Positions 1-12,538 of a stretch of DNA of 64,000 nt are shown piece by piece. A model generated the notes under the pieces. That model worked only from the letters and a program-made list of their open reading frames with translations, ran no database searches and had not been told where the DNA came from. Position 1 is the first letter of the stretch, and every line of letters begins with the position of its first letter. A program made the translations under genes and the position numbers. The stretch comes from Eledone cirrhosa (lineage: Eukaryota), in assembly GCA_964016885.1 (NCBI GenBank), contig OZ024751.1:35340001-35404000 (forward strand), given 5' to 3'.

Positions 1-76
1 AAGTTTTACAGTAGATTGGAAGCACTCTACAAGAAATATTTTCCAGAGTTATTAATATTAAAATACAAATATTAAT

Positions 77-79
<3 letters not shown>

Positions 80-125
<46 letters not shown>

Positions 126-176
126 GTTATATATATATATATATATATATATAATGTTATATATATATATATAATG

Positions 177-229
<53 letters not shown>

Positions 230-230
230 G

Positions 231-303
<73 letters not shown>

Positions 304-374
304 GTTATATATATATATATATATATATAATGTTATATATATATATATATATATAATGTTATATATATATAATG

Positions 375-413
<39 letters not shown>

Positions 414-414
414 G

Positions 415-450
<36 letters not shown>
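80..450. repeat. (TA)n microsatellite interrupted by AATGTT
   Basis: Direct reading. Confidence 0.95.
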
Positions 451-453
<3 letters not shown>

Positions 454-558
454 AATAGATAGAAAGAAAGGGTGAAATGAAAACGTTTACAAACACAAGT
501 ACTTGCTCTTCATTCAAAACTTCCTCTCTCTCTCTGTGTGTATCAAAAGACATACATA

Positions 559-1042
559 TAGACAAACAGACAGACAGACAGACAGACAAATATAAAGGCA
601 GAGAGACAGACAGACAGACAGGCAGGCAGACAGAGAGACAGACAGACAGACAGACAGGCAGACAGAGAGACAGACAGACAGACAGACAGGCAGGCAGACA
701 GAGAGACAGACAGACAGACAGGCAGGCAGACAGAGAGACAGACAGACAGACAGGCAGGCAGACAGAGAGACAGACAGGCAGGTAAACAGAGAGACATAGA
801 GACAGACAGACAGACAGGCAGGCAGACAGAGAGACAGAGACACAGACAGGCAGACAGGCAGACAGACAGACAGGCAGGTAGACAGAGAGACAGACAGACA
901 GACAGACAGGCAGGCAGACAGACAGACAGACAGACAGACAGACAGGCAGACAGAGAGACAGACAGGCAGGCAGACAGAGAGACAGACAGGCAGGCAGACA
1001 GAGAGACAGACAGGCAGGTAGACAGACAGACATAAAGACAGG
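559..1042. repeat. (GACA)n/(GGCA)n compound microsatellite
   Basis: Direct reading. Confidence 0.95.
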
Positions 1043-1051
1043 TAATCTTAC

Positions 1052-3171
1052 CTGAAAACCTAAATCAATCAAAGACTTCAAGAGAGTGGAGATATTGGGA
1101 TGAACTATAAAATGTTTGGAACTGAATTTCTGGTGATCAAACTTGGGTCCCTTGATGGGGTTAATATCAAAAATACACCTGTCAAAGAGATGAAGAAGAA
1201 GAAGAAGAAGAAGAGATGGTAATTTACTAATGTATTTAGGACACAATCATTGTCTAATATAGGACCCTGCATGGCTAACCCCTGTTTTAGCAGGGGAAAT
1301 GGTCTTAAAAGTGGGCCCATTACTAGAGTGGGCAGTGACCACTAAACTACTGGGTACTTCCAGACATGGATATCTGGTGAGACATCTGACAAGGTAGGGG
1401 AGCTATACCTCCTTGTACCACACTAAACCACTGGGTACTTCCAGACATGGATATCTGGTGAGACATCTGACAAGGTAGGGGAGCTATACCTCCTTGTACC
1501 ACACTAAACCACTGGGTACTTCCAGACATGGATATCTGGTGAGACATCTGACAAGGTAGGGGAGCTATACCTCCTTGTACCACACTAAACCACTGGGTAC
1601 TTCCAGACATGGATATCTGGTGAGACATCTGACAAGGTAGGGGAGCTATACCTCCTTGTACCACACTAAACCACTGGGTACTTCCAGACATGGATATCTG
1701 GTGAGACATCTGACAAGGTAGGGGAGCTATACCTCCTTGTACCACACTAAACCACTGGGTACTTCCAGACATGGATATCTGGTGAGACATCTGACAAGGT
1801 AGGGGAGCTATACCTCCTTGTACCACACTAAACCACTGGGTACTTCCAGACATGGATATCTGGTGAGACATCTGACAAGGTAGGGGAGCTATACCTCCTT
1901 GTACCACACTAAACCACTGGGTACTTCCAGACATGGATATCTGGTGAGACATCTGACAAGGTAGGGGAGCTATATCTCCTTGTACCACACTAAACCACTG
2001 GGTACTTCCAGACATGGATATCTGGTGAGACATCTGACAAGGTAGGGGAGCTATACCTCCTTGTACCACACAAACCCATTTTCAAATGTTTTCTACTAAA
2101 TCATTAGATGTTAAAGAGAGTTAATATTAGGATATACGAGGGTCGACTGAAAAGTTCATTGGGTGACCAAGATACTCTCATGGAATGACCAAATGAGGTT
2201 TATTTTTCAACATAGTCCCTGGAAAGAAATAATGCAGTTATTCATAAGAAAAATTGAAATTAATGCAAGATTTCACAGCCCTAGCATCACCCCTTCATAG
2301 TCAGCCTATGAACTGTTCAGCCCAGCCTCGTATATTTTAAAGAAGTAAGTAAGAAACCTTTGAACCAACTCCAAAGTAGCAGGTGCTCCTTGGTTGTAAC
2401 AGATATTGAAACAGTAGTAGGAAGCAAACATCATACAGAGTCCTGTGACAAAACTGGAGATTTGGTCATTGACTACAGCACCGTCAACACACAGCAGAAA
2501 TTTACTGGAATTTAACAATGAGTCACCTACATGAGAGGAAAGAGGAAAATAGAAAATATACAAAAACAACATAGATTAAGAAAAATAAAATTCTGTTTCA
2601 ACCTCTTCAATAAAAAAAAATACCTTAACCCTTAACAATGTATATATATCATCATTTTCATTTTCATCATCATTTCATTTTAAGTCCGCTTTTTCCCTGC
2701 TTGCAAGGGTGGGACGGGAACTGATTCTGGCTTGATTTCTACAGCTGGATGCCCTTCCTAACACCAACCTCATTTACAGTGAGTGCTGGGTGTTTTTTTG
2801 ACGTGGCACCTCCACAACTACTTTGCAGTGGAATGATAGGGACCCCAGTCCCTATCATCTCATTTCTACAGCTGAGTAAACTGGAGCAATGTGAAATAAA
2901 GTGTCTTGCTCAAGGAAACAACACATCACCCGGTCTGAGAATTGAACTCACAACCTTTCGGTATATATATATAGGAACGAGTAGGAACACGACGGCTGAG
3001 CTCAAGCCGTTTCGACGGCTAATTCTGGACTCGTTATATATATATATATACTGTCACAATGTAATGATGTATATATAAACTGTGACAATATAACAATGTA
3101 TATATATATATATAAACTGTGACAATATAACAATGTATATATATATATATATAAACTGTGACAATATAACA

Positions 3172-3237
<66 letters not shown>

Positions 3238-3296
3238 TGATAATATAACAATGTATATATATATATATATATATAAACTGTGATAATATAACAATG

Positions 3297-3327
<31 letters not shown>

Positions 3328-3340
3328 TGATAATATAACA

Positions 3341-3376
<36 letters not shown>

Positions 3377-3392
3377 TGATAATATAACAATG

Positions 3393-3423
<31 letters not shown>

Positions 3424-3512
3424 TGATAATATAACAATGTATATATATATATATATATATAAACTGTGATAATATAACATATATATATATAAACTGTGAC
3501 AATATAACAATG

Positions 3513-3549
<37 letters not shown>

Positions 3550-4133
3550 GTTTGTATATGTATAATAAAGCCAAAACAATGCAGGTATGGACATAGAATA
3601 AAGAATGCAAATGCAAAAGATATTGTTGACAATTAGTCTTTTACCTTAGATTTATTTAAATGTCCTAAATTTTCGAGATAATATCTCTTCTTCGGAGGGA
3701 AGTAAAGCGGTTAAACCAGTGTTCTAAATAGCTTGCCAAGTCATGCTGACAGGAAATGGTATAGAGTATCTGTTCTATCTGTAATGTCTTTGACATTATG
3801 TAATGTCAAAGACATTACAGATAGAACAGATACTCTATACCATTTCCTGTCAGCATGACTTGGCAAGCTATTTAGAACACTGGTTTAACCGCTTTACTTC
3901 CCTCCGAAGAAGAGATATTATCTCGAAAATTTAGGACATTTAAATAAATCTAAGGTAAAAGACTAATTGTCAACAATATCTTTTGCATTTGCATTCTTTA
4001 TTCTATGTCCATACCTGCATTGTTTTGGCTTTATTATACATATACAAACGTTTATACCTCATTACACACTGCTTCGAGTGAACTATAACCTCCTCCATAT
4101 ATATATATATATATAAACTGTGACAATATAACA

Positions 4134-4175
<42 letters not shown>

Positions 4176-4191
4176 TGACAATATAACAATG

Positions 4192-4222
<31 letters not shown>

Positions 4223-4529
4223 TGATAATATAACAATGTATATATATATATATATAAACTGTGATAATATAACAATGTATATATATATATAAACTGTGAC
4301 AATATAACAATGTATATATATATATATATATAGTGACGAAACATAAATCAATTGCATGAACTCATAATCCTTTATTTACTGCTATATATATTTCGATGAT
4401 AGCCATTGAATGGCTATGACCTCACAGGCAGTTAGTCAGTTCTTAGATATGCCAGCTCTGTCTTTATAGGGTTGATGGTGTCAGAGCCTTGGGTCATATT
4501 ATATATATATAAACTGTGACAATATAACA

Positions 4530-4567
<38 letters not shown>

Positions 4568-4580
4568 TGACAATATAACA

Positions 4581-4642
<62 letters not shown>

Positions 4643-4658
4643 TGACAATATAACAATG

Positions 4659-4713
<55 letters not shown>

Positions 4714-5166
4714 TTGCGAGGTTTTTTATATGAAATCGTGTGTCGAAACAGATATTGTTATATTTGGGGAGGGTCATATTTGCGTAATATTGCCAGAATT
4801 AATAACAGAACACACTCACTGTTTGGTTGGTTTTCGCTTCTCGCGAAATAAATATATAGACAGACTGAACAAAAAAAATGGCGTAGACATACAACACAAC
4901 AGGAGGAACAATGAATATAACACCACTGACGATGTTGCAGATGTGCAACGAAAGATTTATGTAAACTATATATATATGTGTTTGTCTATATTGTATCTGT
5001 ATTATTTTTGACCGCCGGTCAGTCAATGGCAACATTGAGGACCGAGTAAGCTAGATCGCAGATATATATATATAAAAGACAGCGAGAAGCGAAAACCAAC
5101 CAAACAGTGAGTGTGTTCTGTTATTAATTCTGGCAATATTACGCAAATATGACCCTCCCCAAATAT

Positions 5167-5206
<40 letters not shown>

Positions 5207-5258
5207 TGACAATATAACAAGGTATATATATATATATATAAACTGTGACAATATAACA

Positions 5259-5300
<42 letters not shown>

Positions 5301-5312
5301 TGACAATATAAC

Positions 5313-5369
<57 letters not shown>

Positions 5370-5524
5370 TGACAATATAACAAGTTATATATATATATAA
5401 ACTGTGACAATATAACAATGTATATATATATAAACTGTGACAATATAACAATGTATATATATATATATAAACTGTGACAATATAACAATATATATATATA
5501 TATATATATAAACTGTGACAATAT

Positions 5525-5574
<50 letters not shown>

Positions 5575-6309
5575 TGACAATATAACAATATATATATATA
5601 TATATATAAACTGTGACACTATAAGAAACAAACATAGTAATAAAGCTAGACCATAAACACAAATATGTGAGTGTTAAATATAATTTCAATAGCAGTAATA
5701 TAACAAGGGTTCATCATCGTTTAACGTCTATCTTCCATGCTAGCATGGGTTTAGACTGTAAATATATAACAAGAGACATACCACAGGAAATGAGGCAAGG
5801 AGTTTCTGGGATGTTTGCTGACTCTAGATCTGTTACAGTATAATTCATCTGGGGACAAGAACAAAGAGTGTATAAAAACCAGATATGTTGGTGTATAATA
5901 TGACTGGGTGTATAACATGACTGGGTAATATAATATATTGGTGTATAACATGACTGGGTATATAATATATTGGTGTATAACATGACTGGGTATATAATAT
6001 ATTGGTGTATAACATGACTGGGTGTATAATATATTGGTGTATAACATGACTAGGTGTATAATGTGATAGAGTGTATAATTGAATGGGTGTATAATATGAC
6101 TGGGTGTATAATAAGGGCCAGTGCTACCATATGGTCAACTAGGCAGCAGACTAGGGCCCAGACCTCAGAAAGGTGCATTACTAAACCTTAAAGAGTCACA
6201 GTATGATATAACTTAACCCTTAACATCCTATAAGTGGTAAGAAACTCTCAGGAGAGCTGGGCAACAGGTCTTCAGAGAAGAAACTCAAGCAGGTCTTCAA
6301 AGACCTTTA

Positions 6310-6350
<41 letters not shown>

Positions 6351-6409
6351 TCTGCTATGTATTGAGTACCTTACTTACTGTGGTCACCCCCGATTCAACC
6401 CGGAATAAC

Positions 6410-6463
<54 letters not shown>

Positions 6464-9400
6464 AATCAACTGTATATAATGTAATAATAAATAAAGTTGA
6501 AATACTAACTGGAATCAATGGAAAGAGGTGTTGAATATCTTCACCGAGGTAAACCATTATAAGTTGCATCATTAAGGCAACATCTATGTCAGTGTCAGAT
6601 TTTGGTTTGGCACAGTTCTTGTAATTAGCAGCTGCTTGGAGAATGTGTTGGATATCTGCTTGATTAGTTGTTAAGAATAATGACTTCATAAAGTTAATTA
6701 TAGTCTCCACCTTACCGTTATCGAGGAAGTCACTAATGACAGCTTTCATGTCGATTGTGGTCAGTTCTTTGAAGTGGACCATTAGTCCAATTTCTTCAAA
6801 GAGAAACGGCCAGTCCTTGTGTAACGTTGTGATGGAAGCACCATTGTTGATATCTTTTCTTTGGAAAAAGAAAGTGGTTATCATGTCCCTTTCCACTAAC
6901 TCACCATCCCAGTTAGTACTATAGGTACTCCGCAGTAAATCTTGTTTCATTCTCAAACTCCATTTTGTTTCGCTAGGAGGAAGTTTTAATGGTTGCCAGT
7001 TAACACAACCATAATTATTTAATAATTTACTGGATTTCTGATTCCCAGAGTCAGACTTTTGATGCGTTTTTGTCCAAGACATTAACTTCTTTTGATAAAG
7101 AAATTGACCTCGGCCGAACCGATTAATGTTTTCAACCCTGGATTGCAACTGTTTTAGAATGACATCAAAGCCAGGCTGTCTAGCACTAGAACTCAATGCA
7201 TCATCCATCAAAGATTCAGGGTATTCATTCACCAATTTACGTGCAATGACAAACAACTCTCTTCGGTTTGGCCGAACACAAAATTTAACGACCTCTGCTA
7301 CAACAACACGGATCATTTCTCGACGTAGGTTCAACTCTGGACGTTGCTTTGTCTTCAAAGCATGGATAAGGGCTGGAGGCATTTTGTCTATAGGGATCTG
7401 GAAGTTTTGAAGCCATTCTGGATTGTCATCAGGGAACATATTGTTATCTGTAGGATATAGACCAAGAGGTGAATTAACTGAAAAAATATCCATGTGTTGT
7501 TGTTCTTGTTGTTGCTGCTGCTGCTGTTGTTGTTGTTGTTGATTGTCACTGTTGATATTTCCTGGAGGCAATAGTTCTACTCTTTGAGTCAATAAATTAT
7601 TTTCTGAGAAGTTGTCAAAACTTTTAGAATTAGAAGTTTCTGATGTGACTGAGCAGTTACTGTCATCGCTGACAATAATAGGATCAGCTGCTGACAACTT
7701 TGGCTCTCCTCCGCTATCTTCCGTATTCCATCCAGAGTTATCAATGGCAGGCTGTGCAGATATCTCAACAATGTCTTTCTCATCATTTCCATAAACTGAA
7801 CAGAGACGTGACAGAGAAGACAGGCTCGGGCTGATCCCTTTCGAAGTGTTATCATCTCTTTCCAGTGATGATGTCATCAGAGAAAGTTTCTCCACCATAT
7901 TCAGTTGATTCCTCACCCTAACTCTATTGGCACTGGAAGACATGTCTTTCATGGAATTACTAGCAGAGATGCTGTTACTTATTTCAACTACTTGTGGAGC
8001 AGCTGCCTGTGCAGGTGGTGGTGGTGACGGCAAAATGACGTTGTTCAGGTTACCAAACCTGGGAATGTTTCTGTTCTGAAACTGAGGACTGGGCTGATTG
8101 TTAGAGGATGAGCCTGACATAGTTAGTGAGAGGAGTGATGAAGGGTTGTTGTCATGGGGATATAAAATAGAGTTGTGGGAGCTTTCACTAATACTTTGGT
8201 TTGATACATTCGATGTAGTTATCTTGGGTAAGGGGATTTGAACACATACCCCTGAGGTTGGCAATGAAGTGTGTAGGTTTCCCATTAATGATTGCTGTAA
8301 GTTGTTATTCTGGAAAGGTGAGGCAATCTTTGATATTGCATTTTGTATTTGACCAGGTAAGGAATACAAAGTGGCTGGTGGTGGGTTCAAATCAACTGAA
8401 AGAAAACAAATGGTCCCACAATATTAGTTGTACAATGAAGACTAGATAAATAATAAATGGTCCCACAATATCATTTGTAAAATGACCAGTAACCCAGGAC
8501 AACCTTGAGTGGTCAGCAACTAAACTGGCTCCATCACCAGACCAGGGTCTGGTGAAAGGGTAAGTGGAACCCCAAGAGTAGCACAAAAAAGAACAACTGT
8601 TAAAAGGGCAGATGAACTCCTCAGGGTGAATGGCCATCAACCCTAAGTATGGGTTAAATATCCTCACCAACCAGCATTTGGCCAAGTGTGGTGAATATCC
8701 AAGCGAATACCCTCCATCAGGCATCTACCATACTCTGGACGCCTTACTTCCCTGGGCATGGATACATTGAAGCTCCGACGTCTGGCAACTGACTTGGTAA
8801 ACACCCACAAAATTATTAACCATCTTGCCAAAAACAACCCCAAGCACCTTTTTGAATTCCATGTGTCTAACATTCGTGGACATGCCTACAAAGTCAGAAA
8901 ACAGCACAGCTCCCATGACTTTTGGAAACAATTTTTTCACGCTCAGAGTTGCTGAAGCATGGAACAAACTCCCTGCATCAGTTGTTAGCTGTCGAGACAC
9001 TGCATCCTTTAAAACCTCCATGCTTCCTGGGATTCGCCAACACTACACCTTATATTCCCCCTCCATACACACGCATGTGTCTGTGTGTATTTCATGACTC
9101 ATACACTATTCACTTCCCTGACATTTGTATATTATTCTATGTACTATACATGCACCTTTGATGAGTTGTAGTGCACCTGAGTACTGTACACAATAATTTC
9201 ATTATCATTATCAATATGGCTTACCCCCATAAAACATGACCGAAATCAAACAGAATGTGGTGGAGGTCAGCCAGGGAGGGGTTCCTCAAACAGGAGTGAG
9301 AAGATCCTGGCTTGGAATGGATTACTTGACAAATAATATTAGATTTTATCATCATCATCATCATCATCGTAGTAGTTAAATATTTATCTTATATAATTAG

Positions 9401-9700
9401 TTGGAAAGTTAATTATTTCATTAAAGACTTCATAATTCTTAATCATTTTAATAATTAAAACCCAAAGTTAGAATCTATCGTTGTAATAAGCTTACGTTTG
9501 GTTTGTTGGAGAAGTTTTCGGATTTGAATTGGTTTCAGTACCGAAGCAAGATCCGAAGCTTCGACGTACTGCAAATCTTCAAGAGTTTCTACACCAATGT
9601 CCCTTAGGGTTTTGGCCAGTGTCTTCACCCCTGAAATAGGCTGGGTTGGTAAAGCTTTGGAAATACATTCTTCCAGGGTGTCTAAACACTCAGAGGCCAT
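1052..9700 (-). CDS. Multi-exon gene for a SAM-like/SAMD3-like protein (~820 aa; N-terminal SAM-like helix bundle, S/N/P/Q-rich linker with polyQ, SAMD3-type C-terminal domain)
   Basis: Coding exons (minus): 9700-9496 ([47 protein letters not shown]), 8395-6510, 5848-5782, 2526-2358, 1178-1052. All junctions are GT-AG and phases match (1,0,1,2). C-terminal motifs [43 protein letters not shown] resemble SAMD3-like proteins as I recall them. A donor follows 1052; a possible last exon is 533-510 (RERGSFE*), uncertain. Confidence 0.8.
1340..2070. repeat. 81-bp minisatellite, 9 near-identical copies
   Basis: CTGGGTACTT recurs at 1350, 1431 and onward; the ORF track shows a 27-aa period. Confidence 0.97.
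2137..2330. mobile_element. Mariner-derived MITE
   Basis: TA-flanked, with imperfect TIRs CGAGGGTCGACTGAAAAGTTCA / TGAACTGTTCAGCCCAGCCTCG; contains the transposase C-terminal DYVEK* coding end. Confidence 0.8.
3543..4098. mobile_element. 514-bp palindrome plus ~42-nt tail, probable PLE remnant (family F)
   Basis: 3543-3798 is the reverse complement of 3801-4056, followed by a unique tail 4057-4098, with (TA)n flanks. Hammerhead-like CCGAAGA-A-GAGAT-att-ATCTC-GAAA at 3904-3928. Confidence 0.7.
4378..4432 (-). ncRNA. Degenerate type I hammerhead ribozyme, family E (core lacks one A)
   Basis: ACTGC-CTGTGA-GGTcATAGCCA-ttcaa-TGGCTATcATC-GAAA-TATATATA-GCAGT. Confidence 0.55.
4711..5173. mobile_element. 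Non-coding PLE family A remnant in inverted arrangement
   Basis: 4711-4844 is an antisense copy of the family A 3' end including part of the tail. 4845-5173 is a sense copy nearly identical to ~45818-46151. Flanked by (TA)n. Confidence 0.85.
5889..6112. repeat. ~32-bp tandem repeat TGGTGTATAACATGACTGGGTATATAATATAT
   Basis: Direct reading. Confidence 0.9.
8699..9212 (+). mobile_element. CR1-clade LINE 3' fragment
   Basis: [56 protein letters not shown] followed by a 3' UTR and an ATT-type tail. Confidence 0.85.
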
Positions 9701-9951
9701 TGTTACAGTACAATCCCTGAAAATAAAACCAAATATTTTATTATTGACAAATTCTCTGTTGCTGGTACAATGATAAAATACACCCAGTACACCCTGTAAA
9801 GTGGTAGCACTGGTGTCATGATAAAATACACCAAGAACACCCTGTGTCACACTACATTACACCCAGTACACTCTGTAAAGTGTTTGCACTGGTGCCATAA
9901 TAATATGCACTCAGTACTCTCTTTAGAGTGTTTGGCATACGTGCACGCACG

Positions 9952-10004
<53 letters not shown>

Positions 10005-11638
10005 CAATGATATTAAATAAATGGAAAGTATATTTATAAAACCATATTTATTCTATTATATATATTTCAAGGGTACCAAATATATATATATATGTCTATC
10101 TCTCTGTGTGAGTGTTTGTGTGTGTAAATGAATCAATAATCAGATCGATTAAGGACAAAGATTCTGAAACGAGATCCATTGTCAATGATTCCCGTCCTTC
10201 CACTTCCAACAAGTCAGAGAAAAGAAGACGACGAAAGGCGGGATGATTATTATGAGAGGAACATATATAAGTTGACACCGTTTATATGATATTGTCCATG
10301 TTTTAGAGACAAAAACAAACCATGTCCACTTTGTTATTGGAAGTCAGCTATAGAAATTATTGTATTTATTTACTGTTATTGACCTCCATTCTTCTTTATT
10401 TACTACATCTCACTTCTTTATATGGTCGAAATAAAATAATTATGCTTTATATCGTATCAATTTCTAAACATCGTATTTAGGTTATTTATAATTGAAAAAA
10501 TATAAACAAACTCTTTAAACATATTTAGAAAAATAATCAATATTTAATTCTATTAAAAAGTATTTAATTATTTTTTATATTTTATATTATATATTTTTTC
10601 TGTACTATGAATATTTTTTTCTGAGAAATTGCAAGCATATAAATATCTATTACTGTTATTTTTAATAAAGCTTTATGACTGCGCACTGAGAGAGAGAGAG
10701 AGGGGGAGGGATGTCGTGACTTGCATGCTTGTCCTAAATGTGCTTATATTGTTCTATATTATTTATTTTACAAAATAAAAAGCCTGTTCTAGGAGTTTAA
10801 CGAGTGACGCCAATTAAATCGACTTCCGCGTAGTTAGTAAAGAACTAAGTGAATTGACAATATTTATATTACTGGATCTATTTATATATATATGTTTCTG
10901 GTAAAAGAAAATTCAATATAATAACGATATTGTATTTATATTATAAAATAACAAAATGAATCGATTGTTTTTGTAATATACATCCTTAAAATAGTTTATA
11001 CACGAGATTGACAAAAATGACGGGAGGCTTCGTTGACATGAAAGAAACAAAAAGTACAGGAGATAGAGCAGGTAAATCAGGATTAAAACAACAAATAAAT
11101 CGATGTTAAGTCCAGTCCGACATGTCTGCAGTCATTTATTCGGATTATGTCAAACGAAGGAATATGTGAGTCCACGTCAACTGGTCAAACGAAGAGAAAC
11201 ATCTTCACCCTCCCCCTTCCTACTAATTACACTTAATCATATAAATATATTTCACAACTGGAATATATATTTTAATACTATTATTTTTTTTCTTTAGTAA
11301 ATTGAGAAAAAAAATATATTTCACGAAAATTAAATGAATAAACAAACTATTAGAAACAAGATTTAAACTACTTGGCGATAAAACTTACCTCTTGTCAAAA
11401 ATAGGACTGCAAATATATTAACTATATTAATAAGATGAAGATTAACTTCGCGTAATGTTTGATAGGTAACATATTAGACGTTAAGGAAATACAGAATTAA
11501 AAAAAAAAAAACTTGTTGAAAAAAAAAAAAGAATGGCAATGGCTATTGTCAAGAAAATAAAGAGATATTAGAATAGAGAGAAAGACAATTTCGTCTGTTC
11601 AAACTACTGTACAGTATAACGACGGTGGTTTTGACCGT

Positions 11639-11650
11639 CAAAATGGCGCC
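11639..11650 (+). promoter_or_regulatory. YY1-type motif CAAAATGGCGCC in a CpG-containing, promoter-like patch
   Basis: Matches the YY1 consensus. A minus-strand donor (CTTAC at 11384-11388) suggests a 5' UTR exon of the SAMD3-like gene nearby. Confidence 0.35.
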
Positions 11651-12129
11651 TGTCCTGTAAGCTGTCAGTTGCTGGAGATATGACATTCGTTGTGCTGTCT
11701 GGCTGCTGACAGTTTACAATCTCATCTCACACACTCTATTTTCTACCTCCGTCTATATTTCTTTCTATCGCTGTCTATTTATTTTTTTTATTTCTCCATC
11801 TTTCAATTTATCTGTCTATGAATATCTTTATTCCTCTTTCCACCATTCTCTCTATCTCTGTCTATATATTTATATTTTCTCTCTATCACCATGTCACTAT
11901 TCTGCCCCTCCCTCCATACACACACATACATAAGTAAATTGTTGGCAAACCTACAAGACGCAATACTATACAATATGTTGGTCTTTGTAGGCTGGCTGAT
12001 TAAGGCGGTTCTCAAACTGACAACATGGACCAAAAGAACGAACATAGATTAGTCATAACAAACTTCGCCGTATAAATAAAATTTATGACGAACAACTTGA
12101 TATCTTCCATAGGTGCATTACTTTGACTA

Positions 12130-12179
<50 letters not shown>

Positions 12180-12200
12180 AGGTTATATTTAACAAATCTG

Positions 12201-12266
12201 TATTTTATCTGATGAAAGCGCACCATAATTTGCCTTGGTTGCCCTTGAAATATGTATAATAAAATA
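12201..12266 (+). ncRNA. Type I minimal hammerhead ribozyme, family C
   Basis: Stem I TATTTTAT/ATAAAATA, CTGATGA, an imperfect stem II (..GCACCA..TGGTTGC..), GAAA, a short stem III TATGTATA and an AUA cleavage triplet. Confidence 0.7.
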
Positions 12267-12421
12267 AATATGGTTTTATAAATATAGTTTCCATTTATTA
12301 ATATATTGTATATATATATATATAATTGAAGTATTTCCGTCGGAAAGGTACAGGAAAAAAGAGTGCTCTATGTAGGCAACAGAGCTTATTAGTTAGGTAA
12401 TAAACAACATAAGATAATTAT

Positions 12422-12482
12422 TTCATTTACCAGTGGTTTCTTGAAGGCAGATGTTATATCTGTCTTCAGTCGTCAGAATGAA
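12422..12482 (-). ncRNA. Type I hammerhead ribozyme, family D
   Basis: TTCATT-CTGACGA-cTGAAGaCAGAT-ataac-ATCTGcCTTCAa-GAAA-CCACTGGTA-AATGAA: 6-bp stem I, long stem II, GUA cleavage triplet. Confidence 0.65.
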
Positions 12483-12538
12483 TATATATATATATACGAT
12501 ATATTAACAAATGGAAACTATATTTATAAAACCATATT

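Larger units (their letters stand above)
3070..5620. repeat. Compound satellite AAACTGTGA(C/T)AATATAACAA(TG) + variable (TA)n, interrupted by PLE remnants
   Basis: More than 30 copies of a ~22-nt constant unit separated by TA runs of variable length. Confidence 0.93.

Noticed and set aside
359-1051. Extension of ORF 359-1246 as coding (CLSV repeats)
   Set aside because: It is a (GACA)n microsatellite downstream of a strong GTAAG donor at 1051.
1347-2069. 240-aa repetitive ORF, or a hammerhead in the 81-bp unit (CTGGTGA)
   Set aside because: It is an intronic minisatellite. The core is not CUGANGA and no GAAA follows.
3070-5620. CRISPR-like look of constant repeats with variable spacers
   Set aside because: The spacers are only TA runs, the context is a eukaryotic intron, and there are no cas genes.
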